This document shows positions 40,500-54,315 of a stretch of 64,000 nucleotides of DNA, in pieces. The stretch is from assembly GCA_964016885.1 (NCBI GenBank), contig OZ024763.1:2852001-2916000 (forward strand), read 5' to 3'. A program made the position numbers and the translations under genes. Every line of letters starts with the position of its first letter. Position 1 is the stretch's first letter. The notes beneath the pieces were generated by a model. The model searched no databases. It saw only the letters and a program-made list of their open reading frames with translations, and was not told where the DNA came from. The stretch comes from Eledone cirrhosa. Taxonomy: Eukaryota.

Positions 40500-40752
40500 A
40501 TATAATAATGAAATTATTGTGTACAGTGCTCAGGTGCACTACAACTCATCAAAGGTGCATGTATAGTACATAGAATAATGTACAAATGTCAGGAAAATGA
40601 ACAGTGTATGAGTCATGATATAATAATAATAACAATAATGAAATATTGTGTACAGTGCCCAGGTGCACCACAACTCATCAAAAAAGTGCATGTACAGTAC
40701 ATAGGGCAATGCACAAACATCAGTAAAATGAACAGTGCACGAGTCATGATAC
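40500..40752 (-). mobile_element. Two tandem CR1 3'-end fragments
   Basis: Match the 3' terminus at 19365-19490. Confidence 0.8.
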
Positions 40753-41488
40753 ATAAATATATTAAAATAACAGATTAAAGTTTAAGCAAAGAATCGCTGC
40801 TTTCATCCTTAACGGGATCTTATCCCGTTAAGGGTGAAAGCAGTGATTCTATAAATAAATATTTGATCTACAGTTCTTATATATTTGATATATAGTTATC
40901 CTTATCGAGCCCTCTTTGGATTTTAGTCTTCAAATTTATTATTATTACTATTATATATATATAGACATGCAGACAGACAGACAGACAGACAGAGAGACAG
41001 ATTGACAGACAGACTGACAAACATAGACAGACAGACAGACATAGACAGACATAGAGAGACCAGAACACAATTCTTTCTCCTACCAAACAAGAATTAAGCC
41101 ATAACCATCCTCTGGCTTATTAGATTATTTTACTTTTTTACTTTATTTTCTATATATTTTTATATTTGTTCGATTGTTTTTTTTTTTATTCCCATCCATT
41201 GCAATCGGATTATTGAAGACATCTATCGACACCTGGACATTTCTTCTGATCTCTCTCTCTCTCTCTCTCTCTCTTTATATATATATATAACGAAGGAAAT
41301 GTGGTAAGGAACCAGATGGACCATAACGCACCAAAGTACTCAATACTTAGGGTAGTAGAGTGGGTAATAGGAACGAGTAGGACACCGACGGCTGAGCTCA
41401 TCAAGCCGTTTCGACGGCTAATTCTGGACGCATTGAGTCCAGAATTAGCCGTCGAAATGGCTTGAGCTCAGCCATCGGGGTCCTACTC

Positions 41489-41525
<37 letters not shown>

Positions 41526-41573
41526 AATAAGATAGCAAGGACGATTGGTTACTCTTTCATTACGTTTATTGGT

Positions 41574-41660
41574 TGGTGACGCATGTTTCGCCACTGGTCA
41601 GCTCAAGGTTCGATCTGTATCGATCTGACCTGACTCTGTAATCCGTGACTCGTCAGACTA
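41574..41660 (-). ncRNA. Hammerhead motif with extended helix II
   Basis: gu CUGACGA GUCAC...GUGGC GAAA CAUGCGUC ac. Confidence 0.7.
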
Positions 41661-41800
41661 CTTGTAATGTTAATGGATAATACACTCTGTCTAGCTCTAC
41701 ACCTTCACACAGAAGAGAACCTAAACATCGAGTGCTCACCGGGGTGAACCTACAGTTACACCAAGTTACACTACCTGGATATATATATATATATATATAT

Positions 41801-42036
41801 GAAGTATTTCCGTCGGAAAGTACAGGAAAAAAGAGTGCTCTATGTAGGCTACAGAGCTTATGAGTTATGTAATAAACAACATAAGATATTTATTTCATTT
41901 ACCAGTGGTTTCTTGAAGGCAGATGTAATGTCTGCCTTCAGTCTGTCTTCTGACGACTGAAGACAGACATAACATCTGCCTTCAAGAAACCACTGGTAAA
42001 TGAAATAATTATCTTATGTTGTTTATTACATAACTA
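41801..42036. mobile_element. PLE-like fold-back remnant with tail
   Basis: Arms about 41863-41941 and 41958-42036; same family as 46825-46920. Confidence 0.7.
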
Positions 42037-42045
42037 AATATATAA

Positions 42046-42086
<41 letters not shown>

Positions 42087-42494
42087 TAGTGAAGGCGTGT
42101 GGCTGAGTGGTTAGAGAATTGGATTCACAATCGTGAGGTTGTGAGTTCGATTCCTGGACCAGGCGATGCGTTATGTCCTTGAGCAAGACACTTTATTTCA
42201 CGTTGCTCCTTCTACCTGGAGTTGCGACTGATAGAGAGTATTAGCAATTGGAAAGACCAACGGAAACATTGTTCCCTCGGTCCAATTTGACGAAAGTCAA
42301 TCGATCCTATATATATATATATATATAGGAAAAGTCAGGCCCCGACGGCTGAGCTCCGGCTGTTTCGACAGCTAGATCCGAACTCAGCCACCAGTATAGG
42401 AAGCTGAAACCACTTAGCGGCGCAGTTGGCATTTTATCCCCCTCTCCCTCTCCCTCCTCTTCCCCCCTCTCTTTCTCTTTCTCACCCTCTCTCT

Positions 42495-42525
<31 letters not shown>

Positions 42526-42782
42526 CCGTCCAAACCCATGCAAGCGTGGAAGATAGACGTTAAACGATGATGATGATGATGATTATATATATATGTACAG
42601 TATATATATATATATATATATATATATTGCTATACTTTGGGAGGGTCATGTTGCCAATAAGAAACACACGCACCAGTTGCTTTCACTTCAATTTAATTTA
42701 TTATATATTTATAAATTTACAAATTTATAAATTTCTGGTTGGTTGGTTGGTTCCACAACCAGATAGTTGTTTATATATATAT

Positions 42783-42827
42783 AGTCATAGTTCTTTCGTC
42801 ACACACTCTGTGACCTCTTCAGTGACT
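42783..42827 (-). ncRNA. Minimal hammerhead motif in a PLE pLTR remnant (42630-42890)
   Basis: AGUCA CUGAAGA g GUCACA gagug UGUGAC GAAA GAACUA UGACU. The terminus atactttgggagggtcat resembles that of the ORF-bearing PLE. Homolog at 53501-53541. Confidence 0.8.
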
Positions 42828-42889
42828 GGGGATTTCTTTCTTCGTTTCTGTGCCTTTCCTTTCTTCTATCCTACGCCATTTTAGAAACG

Positions 42890-43102
42890 ATATATATATA
42901 TATATATAGTACATATATATATATATATATGTACAATATTAATATATATATATATATATATTGTACATATATATATATATATGTACAATATATATATATA
43001 TATATATGTACAATATATATATATATGTACAATATATATATATATTGTACACATATATATATATATATATATTGTACATATATATATATATATATATGTA
43101 CA

Positions 43103-43133
<31 letters not shown>

Positions 43134-43192
43134 ATATATATATATATTGTACATATATATATATATATATATTGTACAATATATATATATAT

Positions 43193-43228
<36 letters not shown>

Positions 43229-43963
43229 TCTACTTTAGGCACAAGGCCAGCAATTACCCAGTTCATTACTGGTACTTTATTTTATCGACCCCGTAAGGAT
43301 GAAAGGCAAAGTCAACCTCGGCGGGATTTGAACTCAGATCGTAAAGGGACGTAACTATGCTGGAAAGCATGGCGTCCGACCCTCTACTGATACTGCCAAT
43401 TCACCGCATTATATATATATATATTGTACATATATATATATATATATATATTGTACATATATATATATATATATGTACAATATATATATATATATATATA
43501 TATGTACAATATATATATATATTGTACATATATATATATATATATGTACAATATATATATATATATATATATATGTACAATATATATATATATTGTACAT
43601 ATATATATATATATATATATTGTACAATATATATATATATTGTACATATATATATATATTGTACATATATATATATATATATATATATGTACAATATATA
43701 TATATATTGTACATATATATATATATATATATATTGTACAATATATATATATATATTGTACATATATATATATATATATATATTGTACATATATATATAT
43801 ACATATATATATATATACATATATTGTATGTGTTCCCTATGTTATCTCGGTCACGTCTGCTTACAAACATGTCACACTCCGGACATTCATTAACTCAAAG
43901 ATTACCTTTCTCTTATCTTTATTGCTTCTTCTATCTTTTCCTTCCCCCTTCTCTCTCTCTTGC

Positions 43964-44005
<42 letters not shown>

Positions 44006-44366
44006 TCTCCCTCTCTCACTCTCTCTTTCTCTCACTCTCTCTTTCTCTCACTCTCTTTCTCTCACTCTCTCTCACTCTCTCTTTCTCTCTCTCTCTTTCT
44101 CTCTCTCTCTCTCACTCTCTCTTTCTCTCTCTCACTCTCTCTTTCTCTCACTCTCTCTCCCTCTCACTCTCTCTTTCTCTCTGTATCTATCTCTCTCTCT
44201 TTCTCTCTCTGTATCTATCTACCTATATCTCTCTCTCCCTCTCTCTATCTATTTACCTATATCTCTCTCTAGCTATCTACCTCTCTCTTTCTATCTATCA
44301 ACCTATCTCTCTCTAGCTATCTACCTCTCTCTCTCTATCTATCAACCTATCTCTCTATCTATATAC

Positions 44367-44428
<62 letters not shown>

Positions 44429-44467
44429 ACCTATCTCTATCTCTCTATCTATCTATCTATATACCTA

Positions 44468-44498
<31 letters not shown>

Positions 44499-45000
44499 AT
44501 CTCTCTCTCTATCTACCTATCACTCTCTCTCTATCTACCTATCTCTCTCTCTATCTCTCTCTCTATCTACCTATCACTCTCTCTCTATCTACCTATCTCT
44601 CTCTCTATGTATCTATCTACCTCTCTCTCTCTCTCTATCTATCTATCTACCTATCTCTCTCTCTATGTATCTATCTACCTATCTCTCTCTCTATGTATCT
44701 ATATACATATCTCTCTCTCTCTCTCTATGTATCTATCTACCTATCTCTCTCTCTATGTATCTATATACATATCTCTCTCTCTCTCTATGTATCTATCTAC
44801 CTATCTCTCTCTCTATGTATCTATATACATATCTCTCTCTCTCTCTATGTATCTATCTACCTATCTCTCTCTCTATCTATCTATCTACCTATCTCTCTCT
44901 CTATGTATCTATCTACCTATCTCTCTCTCTATGTATCTATATACATATCTCTCTCTCTCTCTATGTATCTATCTACCTATATATATCTCTGTCTCTATCT
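42890..45000. repeat. (TA)n/TGTACA field followed by a (CT)n/(CTAT)n field, with a SINE at 43224-43408
   Basis: Direct inspection. Confidence 0.9.
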
Positions 45001-45559
45001 CTTCTCTTTCTTCTCCTCTTTATCATTTAAAACCTTTTCCTTCTCCTCTTTATACTCCCCACCCCTATTTACCTTTCCTCCACCTCCTCTTTCTTTCTTT
45101 TTACCTTTTTTCTTCTTTTCTTCCTTCTCTCCCCCTCTCTCCATTTCCCTCCACCCTCTCCTTATAGTCTTCTTCACTCCCTCTTCTCCGCCCCACTTTT
45201 CCCCCTCTCCTTCTCCCCCTCTGCTTATATTCTTTTCCTTTTCCTACCCCCTCCCACCCTCCTTATATTTCCTCTTTACTCCCCCCCCACTCCTCCCTAT
45301 ATTCTGCTACTCCGTCCCTCCACCCTCTCCTTATCTCCACCTCCACCCCATTTCCTCTCTTTATCTCGTTAGTCTTTCTTTCTTTCTTTACCTATTCTTC
45401 CCCCCACCCCTCCTTCTTATAATCACCTCCTCCCCCTCCTCCCTCTTCTTACTACTCCCCTCCCCCCCTCCCCCCTTCACTCTACAGTTGCTACAGCAAC
45501 AACACCTAGGCAACAGATTTTCTCCATTGCCATTTCGCTATTTGTGCCATGTCTGTCTG

Positions 45560-45600
<41 letters not shown>

Positions 45601-45666
45601 CACACACACACACGCCTGTGTATGTGGACATATATACAGCAAGAGATTCAACATGATGTAAAATTT

Positions 45667-45719
<53 letters not shown>

Positions 45720-45779
45720 GTGTGTATGTATAATGTGTATGTGTGTATGTGTCTATTATGTCTGTGTGTGTATATATGT

Positions 45780-46590
45780 ATAATATATATGTGCGTGTGT
45801 GTATATTTATATAATGTGTATGTATGTATGTATATATATATATGTGCGTGTGTGTATATTTATATAATGTGTATGTATGTATATATATATGTGCGTGTGT
45901 GTATATTTATATAATGTGTATGTATGTATGTATATATATATGTGCGTGTGTGTATATTTATATAATGTGTATGTATGTATGTATATATATATGTGCGTGT
46001 GTGTATATTTATATAATGTGTATGTATGTATGTATATATATATGTGCGTGTGTGTATATTTATATAATGTGTATGTATGTATATATATATGTGCGTGTGT
46101 GTATATTTATATAATGTGTATGTATGTATGTATATATATATATGTGCGTGTGTGTATATTTATATAATGTGTATGTATGTATGTATATATATATATGTGC
46201 GTGTGTGTATATTTATATAATGTGTATGTATGTATGTATATATATATGTGCGTGTGTGTATATTTATATAATGTGTATGTATGTATGTATATATATATAT
46301 GTGCGTGTGTGTATATTTATATAATGTATATGTATGTGTGTGTGTGTATGTATATATATATGTGTGTGTGTGTATGTATATATATATGTGCGTGTGTGTA
46401 TATTTATATAATGTGAATGTATGTGTGTGTATGTATGTAGGTATATATATATGTGCGTGTGTGTATATTTATATAATGTGTATGTATGTGTGTATGTATA
46501 TATATACGTGCGTGTGTGTATGTGTGTATTTAAATAATGTGTATGTATATATATATGTGCGTGTGTGTGTATTTAAATAATGTGTATGTA
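45780..46590. repeat. ~46-bp minisatellite
   Basis: Unit tatgtgcgtgtgtgtatatttatataatgtgtatgtatg(ta)n. Confidence 0.85.
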
Positions 46591-46824
46591 TGTATATATG
46601 TGTGTGTGCGTGAGTGTATGTGTGACCGCGCATGTATTTACGTATATATATAGATTATCAAAAGTATGTCCATAGAATCATTTGATAAAATATATACACC
46701 ATTTCCTCTCCCAATTAGCATAATTAACCACATAAAAAATCAATTAGACCAGGCTATAAGAATAAAGGTTCCTATGAGGAAATATTTGATAAATAAACGA
46801 CAGCATATATATATATTCCATTTT

Positions 46825-46888
46825 ATTCGTTCTGAAGACTGAAGACAGATATAAACACCTGTCTTCAAGAAACCACTGGTAAATGAAT
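46825..46888 (+). ncRNA. Minimal hammerhead ribozyme motif
   Basis: AUUCGUU CUGAAGA c UGAAGACAG...CUGUCUUCA a GAAA CCACUGGUA AAUGAAU; 7-bp helix I, 9-bp helix II, GUA site. Confidence 0.8.
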
Positions 46889-47015
46889 TAATTATCTTAT
46901 GTTGTTTATTATATAACTATATATATACACACACATACACACAGGGTGTCCCCAAAAATGTATACACATTTCAACAGCATGCTAATCGAAGTATGTACAC
47001 ATTTCTTGGGACACC

Positions 47016-47065
<50 letters not shown>

Positions 47066-47212
47066 GTACACAGACAGTATCTCTGGCTATTTGATTGTAT
47101 TTTTACTGCTTGTTTTAAGCGGCCACCTGACAGGTGTGTTGTTTTCCTCAGCGTCTCTCATACTCGTTCCCTTCATTCTTCAAATTCTTAAGGTCTTTCA
47201 TAGTTTTACCGG

Positions 47213-47282
<70 letters not shown>

Positions 47283-47397
47283 CATATATATATAATTGAG
47301 TAAAATGACAGGAGGTTGGACTGGTGAAATTCCTTAGAGATTTATTACAAACACTATGCACATTTCAATAACTGGGTTCTGTAGGAACCATATATAT

Positions 47398-47794
47398 GAA
47401 GGTGCATGGCTTAGTGGTTAGAGCATTGGGCTTGCAATCAAAAGGTTGTGAGTTCAATTCTCAGACCGGGTGATGTGTTGTTTCCTTGAGCAAGAGACTT
47501 TATTTCACATTGCTCCAGTTTACTCAGCTGTAGAAATGAGATGATAGGGACTGGGGTCCCTATCATTCCACTGCAAAGTGGTCGTGGAGGTGCCACGGCA
47601 AAAAAAAAAGCACCCAGCACTCACTGTAAATGAGGTTGGTGTTAGGAAGGGCATCTAGCTGTAGAAATCAAGCCAGAATCAGTTCCCGTATGAGCAAGAC
47701 AAGGTCAGCCGACCGGAGACTGCCCACAACAGGACAAGCCGTCTAACCCATGCTAGCATGGAAAAACGGACGTAAAGCAGTGATGATAATGATG

Positions 47795-47795
<1 letters not shown>
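47398..47795 (+). mobile_element. tRNA-derived CORE-like SINE
   Basis: Near-identical to 13044-13430. Confidence 0.85.
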
Positions 47796-47824
<29 letters not shown>

Positions 47825-47827
<3 letters not shown>

Positions 47828-48295
47828 ATAAGAAAATGCGAAGTAGTTTCAGATGTTAAAGTCCTTTATTAATAATGCTGTGATACATATTTCAATGACG
47901 ACAGTGGCCCCACGATTCCGTGTACTCAGTGCCGTGACATCATCAGGCAGCTTCTTACATAATAAGGTTACGTTCCCGAGGCAAATCAAATCGACAAAGG
48001 AACGGGCGAAGGATTCAAGAACACACGCTTTGTCCGTTCCCTTGTCGATTTGATTTGGATTGCCTCGGGAATGTAACCTTATTATGTAAGAAGTTGCCTG
48101 ATGATGTCACGGCACTGAGTACACCGAACCGTGTGGCCACTGTTGTCATTGAAATATGTATCACAGCATTATCAATAAAGTACTTTAACATCTGAAACTA
48201 CTTCGCATTTTCTCATTCTAAATATGCTCCGTTTTTCCTATGTGGAAAAAATGCGTCGAGTGCTTGATTTGAAGTGCATCAATATTTACCATAAT
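47825..48295. mobile_element. PLE-like fold-back (arms about 185 bp, 47825-48219) with a hammerhead motif in each arm and a tail
   Basis: CUGAUGA 48098-48104 and GAAA UAUGUAUC 48151-48162, mirrored on the minus strand. Confidence 0.8.
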
Positions 48296-48886
48296 ATATA
48301 TATATGTGTGTGTATGTATATGTGTATATATACATACATATGTGTGTAACAAAAGTTGTTATTCCATCCAGGACGTCCCTTGTTCTTTAATCTCTCCAAT
48401 ACAATGTCATTATTCTCCCTCAAGAACTCATTAATATATTATTAATATGAAGTAATTAGTTGTTTTATTTTTAATTAATTATCAGTATGTAGATTATGAA
48501 TGGATGATAGAAACATGTGTAGGTGTGTGTATATATGTATGTAAGAATGGGGATATGTGCATGTGTATGTATGTGTGTATGCTTTTAATTTGAAGTAATA
48601 AGTTTTTTTTGAAAGTGTATATACATAGAGATTATTAATGAATATATATAAATATATCATCATAATCATCACCTTCGTTTAACGGCCATTTTCCACGCTA
48701 GCATGGGTTAGACGGGAGCTGTCCCAATTTGAGTCAAGGTTGGTCCGGTGACTGAGTCTCTCTCATATAGGACTATCTGGCAGGTTTTCTACGACTGGAT
48801 GCCCTTCCTAACACCAACGACATTTACAGTGTGGAACTGGGAACTTTTTACCGTGTTACCTACACAACCACATTAGAGCGTGGACT

Positions 48887-48963
<77 letters not shown>

Positions 48964-49009
48964 GAGAGAGAGAGAGAGAGAGAGAGGTAAAATCCTAGCT
49001 TGTCATATA

Positions 49010-49387
49010 CACACACGCAAACGCATGCGCAAAGAAGACAAAATAAAATAAACAAACAAGCAAATAAATAAATAAATATATAGACAGACTGAATAAAAAA
49101 TGGCGTAGACATACAACACAACAGGAGGAAAAAAATATAACACCACTGACGATGTTGCAGATGTGCAACGAAAGATTTATGTAAATTATGTAAACTATAT
49201 ATATGTGTTTGTGTCTATATTGTATCTGTATTATTTTTGACCGTCGGTCAGTCAATGGCAACATTGAGGACCGAGTAAGTTAGATCGCAGATATAAAAGA
49301 CAGCGAGAAGCGAAAACCAACCAAACAGTGAGTGTGTTCTGTTATTAATTCTGGCAATATTACGCAAATATGACCCTCCCCAAGTAT

Positions 49388-49392
<5 letters not shown>
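49010..49392 (+). mobile_element. 3' pLTR of the same PLE family as 9267-10808, with a hammerhead core at 49146-49173
   Basis: Reverse-complement similarity to 9270-9620; the 3' end ccccaagtataacaat runs directly into (AT)n. Confidence 0.85.
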
Positions 49393-49429
<37 letters not shown>

Positions 49430-49438
<9 letters not shown>

Positions 49439-49989
49439 TAAACAAATAATGAATAAAACAATGAAACAGTTCCTTATATTAAACAAAAAAAGTTCATTAT
49501 TTAACGATCGTTTCTAGGATATATATGTGTTAGAATTGGCATGCATATTCAACAGATCTATGTACAAAATTATACAAAATTATACAAACTATCAAGATTA
49601 AATATACATACCAACACATATATACGCCGTCTTCAGAAATAATTATTATTTCTGAAGACGGCGTATATATGTGTTGGTATGTATATTTAATCTTGATAGT
49701 TTGTATAATTTTGTATAATTTTGTACATAGATCTGTTGAATATGCATGCCAATTCTAACACATATATATCCTAGAAACGATCGTTAAATAATGAACTTTT
49801 TTTGTTTAATATAAGGAACTGTTTCATTGTTTTATTCATTATTTGTTTAATATTTTATCTTGACTCTGTATACCGTTTATCTTTCACCGAAAGTGATTTT
49901 TCATTACATCTCTTCTTTCCATGATATCCGGAATACATTGAGTTCTTCATACGGATTGGACACTACCGTAAACTCTTGGTAGATTTATC

Positions 49990-49992
<3 letters not shown>
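49430..49992. mobile_element. Palindrome (214-bp arms, 1-nt spacer at 49644) with hammerhead motif and tail
   Basis: No mismatch found by eye. AUUAUUU CUGAAGA [115-nt helix II] GAAA CGAUCGUU AAAUAAU. Confidence 0.85.
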
Positions 49993-50023
<31 letters not shown>

Positions 50024-50024
50024 T

Positions 50025-50445
50025 TATTAATTCAAATATTAACAAAATAGATATTCTTGTGAACAATTAAATTTTATTATACATATTTCAGAGGTACTTG
50101 AATCAGGTTCAACAGTACGTCCTCATCAGATAAAATAAAATGATACATGACATACCCTGACATGTTAGATGATTAAGATTTAATCAAGGTACCGTGATTA
50201 AATCTTAACCATCTAACATGTCAGGGTATGTCATGTATCATTTTATTTTATCTGATGAGGACGTACTGTTGAACCTGATTCAAGTACCTCTGAAATATGT
50301 ATAATAAAATTTAATTGATCACAAGAATATCTATTTTGTTAATATTTGAATTAATATTAATAACTCTGGAAAATATTTCTGTAGAATGCTTCCAATCTAC
50401 TGTAAAACTCATTCTTTGATGTACTCATTGAATCTTGTTTAACTC

Positions 50446-50448
<3 letters not shown>
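50025..50448. mobile_element. Near-perfect palindrome (50025-50356, axis ggtacc) with hammerhead (50245-50310) and tail
   Basis: AUUUUAU CUGAUGA GGAcGUACugUUGAA ccuga UUCAA GUAC cUCU GAAA UAUGUAUA AUAAAAU. Confidence 0.85.
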
Positions 50449-50493
<45 letters not shown>

Positions 50494-50900
50494 GATAACA
50501 AGTTATCGTTATAGGTAATCCAGTTAGTGGTTGTGAGTACTCTGTGTCGTGGATAGTTTTAATGTACGGCTTTGTTTGACTCAACAAGATGTTTCCTTAG
50601 TTAAGCAGCGAGTTCGCGGTAATTCCTATGTAGGTTATACTTAGAGTAGGTTATACTTAGAGTAATAATAGTGAAAGAGTGAAATAAATCCCCTTGTTGT
50701 ACAGCCAACCATGTTACTCTTCATTCTTTCACTATATATATATATATATAAAGAATTAAAATACTAGAGTGCGTTGGAGTAAAACACACTCGTCGTATTA
50801 TAGAAATGACAGTATAGGATATAGCTCAATGTAATACAACAGAGCCGAAAAATTATAAAAATAGACAAAGAAGCCTTCAATACATCAAAAGTCTTTATTA

Positions 50901-50941
50901 GCCTACAATGTTTCGTCCCATTAATAAAGACTCATCAGGGC
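50901..50941 (-). ncRNA. Canonical-looking minimal hammerhead within fold-back remnant 50750-51068
   Basis: GCC CUGAUGA GUC uuuauuaaugg GAC GAAA CAUUGUA GGC. Confidence 0.85.
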
Positions 50942-51314
50942 AATTAAACAGATAAGAAGCATTAACGGCCAGAACAAGCCAAAACTCAGAAGAATAGGGA
51001 CAAAACATTGTAGGCTAATAAAGACTTTTGATGTATTGAAGGCTTCTTTGTCTATTTTTATAATTTATAATATATATATATATATATATATATAATAATG
51101 AGTCAGGACACCGCCAGCTGAGCTCTTGCTGTTTCAACAGCTAGTTCCAGACTCCTATATATATCATATCATCATCATCGTTTACCGTCCATCTTCCACG
51201 CTAGCACGGGTTAGACGGTTTTGTTCCATTTGATGCGGGACTGGTTGGGAGACCTTGTCTCACTTGCACAGATATATTTTTTCATTTTTTTTTTTTCATT
51301 TTACGTTCGCTATT

Positions 51315-51622
51315 TCCCTGCTTGCAAGGGTGGGACGGGAACTGATTCTGGCTTGATTTCTACAGCTGGATGCCCTTCCTAACACCAACCTCATTTACAG
51401 TGAGTGTTGGGTGCTTTTTTGCTGTGGCACCTCCACGACCACTTTGCAGTGGAATGATAAGGACCCCAGTCCCTATCATCTCATTTCTACAGCTGAGTAA
51501 ACTGGAGCAATGTGAAATAAAGTGCCTTGCTCAAGGAAACAACACATCACCCGGTCTGAGAATTGAACTCACAACCTTTCGATTGCAAGGCCAATGCTCT
51601 AACCACTGAGCCACGTGCCTCC
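51315..51622 (-). mobile_element. tRNA-derived CORE-like SINE
   Basis: Reverse complement of 35574-35908. Confidence 0.85.
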
Positions 51623-52829
51623 ATAATATATGGATATATATATACAGGGTCTCCCCCAAAAATGTATACATACTTCAACAGCATTCTAAAATATATTGCC
51701 TGTACAGGTAATAAAAGTGTGTATACATTTCTTTGGGACATCCTGTATATATATAGAGAGAGAGAAAATGAGAGAAGTGAAATCCTGATGTAGCACGAAG
51801 CACTGTCAGCTTGTTATATATATATATATATATATATATAATTATCATCATCATCATTCATTAACGTCTATCTTCCTGACTAGCATGGGTTAGACGGGTT
51901 TGTCCCATTTAGAAGCAAGTTGGGTCGAGTGACCGTGTCTCGTTCATATAGGCGTGTTTTATATATATCATCATCATCATCATACGCCCGCTTTTCCCTG
52001 CTTGCAAGGGTTAGACGGGTCCTATTCAGCACAGCATATCTCCACTTGCCACGACCCTTTGTCATTTCCTCCGTGAGCTTGATCGATCTGAGGTCTGCCC
52101 TCACCACCTCCGCCTATGTTTTTCGTGGTCTTCCTCTACTGCGTATTCCTTCTCCTGGGATATATATATATATATATATGGGAGGAGGAGGTTAGAACAG
52201 ATACTCTATACTATTTCCGGTCAGCATGGCTTGACTAGAGATTTAAAGACGCTGGTTTGAGACCTTTACTTCCCTCCGAAGAAGAGATATTATCTCGAAA
52301 ATTAAGGACATTTAAATAAATTCAAGGTGAAAGACGAATTCACATCAATATCTTTCACTATTGCATTCTTTTTTCTATGTCCATACCTGCATTGTCTTGG
52401 CCTTATTACACATATTCAAACGTTTATATATATATATATATTGTATATGTGTACTAGCATAGTACCTATCAAAAATTTGCCATTAATAATTCCTTGGTCC
52501 TAACATTATATGTAAAATATCCTTGAATCATAGTCAAACTCTTTAACCACACAGCCACCATGCCAGCATGTTCTTAGTAGAAGCAACTGATGTAAAAATA
52601 ACTTTTAGCTAGTACAGTACATTAAGATTGCATTATGTAACCACCTGCTGGATGAGTTCAACAAGGATTATACAAGAGAATTACTACATGCTATCAACTC
52701 GGAAGCAATTAACAAACTTTATTAATAATTTATGTTACATTTGTTGAAGCATCCATCATTGCTTTGTGCATTTGAATGGAATTAAATTGAAGCATGTGGA
52801 GAAGTTTATGCAATACAGGGACATTTTCA

Positions 52830-53365
52830 TATGGATAACATCCATGAGCTTCCTAACAAAAGTCACCCCCCCCCCCACCCCCACCCCGAGCAAAAATGGT
52901 TGGATAACATCCATGAGCTTGGCTGGTGTCGCTTAGGGATCCAGACGACGGATCAGTTTGAGAAGGTTGCTTTTGACAGGAGACCCAGGGTAAGACCCCG
53001 AGCAAGATGGTTGGATAACATCCATGAGCTTGGCTGGTCTGGCTTGGGGATTCAACCAGATTAGTTGGAGATGGTTGGTTTTGACAGGACCTGCTGGAAG
53101 GAGTGTTTGAGGACTCTGGCCCCTCACATGACTCGGGCAAGGATGAGGAAGAAAATGTTTGTTAGAGGTGCCTACTGACTGTAGTAGGTTTTACTTTGTA
53201 TTTAGGTATGGCGGGTCTTCTCTATTACTGAGTACCGCCAAAGATCTCGGTCCAGTGACATTGTCTTGGAGAGGTGTAAGTGTGTGAGGTCGGAATTTAT
53301 CAAGTCGTCCCAGGTTTTTCTGGGTCTGCCTACTCCGTGGCTACCCTCTATTTTTATTGCCCTGC
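52830..53365. mobile_element. Two RTE LINE 3' fragments (52830-53150 +, 53180-53365 -)
   Basis: RPRARWLDNIHELGW; the second is the reverse complement of 4815-4995. Confidence 0.75.
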
Positions 53366-54262
53366 ACTTATATTATTATACTTTGGGAGGGTCATGTTGC
53401 CAATAAAAACACACGAACCTGTTGGATTTCACTTCAATTTATTATTATAAACTTCCAGTCTGTTAGTTTGATAACCAGATGGTTGTTGAGTTAATTGTCA
53501 TCAAAGCTCTTTCGCCACACTTTCTATGACTTCCTCAGTGACTAATTTGTTATTTTTGTGTCTCTCCTTTGTTCTGTCCCACACCATTTTGTTTTTGTCG
53601 GCGTCTAAAAGGAGGCATAACGCCAACTTCTCTGGAAGTTAGGAAAACCCAGGAAAAAACAAGACTGTGATAGAGATGTGAGTTGTCTCCCTTACATTCT
53701 GTGGTATATTCTTCACATCGAGAAGGACCTGAAGTGTTTACAACTCGTTTTCTAATTAACACATACGTATTTATATGTATATGTACATGTATACATACAT
53801 GTATATATATGTTTGGGCAATCATACGTATATATATATATATATATTTATATATAAGTTTGTTCGATCGGGGATAACCACAGTAAATTAGGTACTCAATA
53901 CATAGCAGAGTATAAATATTTAATATAGAAAAGGCTTCTCCAGGACTAGAACTTTCATTCGGGAGAAATCATCAGGAAGCTTCCTGATGATTTCTCCTGA
54001 ATGAAACAGTAGAAGCCTTTTCTCTCTCTCTCTCTCTCTCTCTCTGTATATATATATATATATATATTGCGCCAGGTCGCACTTCAGCACTACTGCTAAC
54101 GTGTAAGTACAACACGAGGCATAGTCGGGCCGTCGGCGACTAAACCGGCAACCCCACCAAGCTTGCTTAGTGAGGAGGGTGATATTTGGACACCCTGCTG
54201 GATGAAAAACAAAACCCGTCAAAGGGCAGAGGAACTCAGGAGAGTCAACGTCCATCGAATAT

Positions 54263-54315
<53 letters not shown>

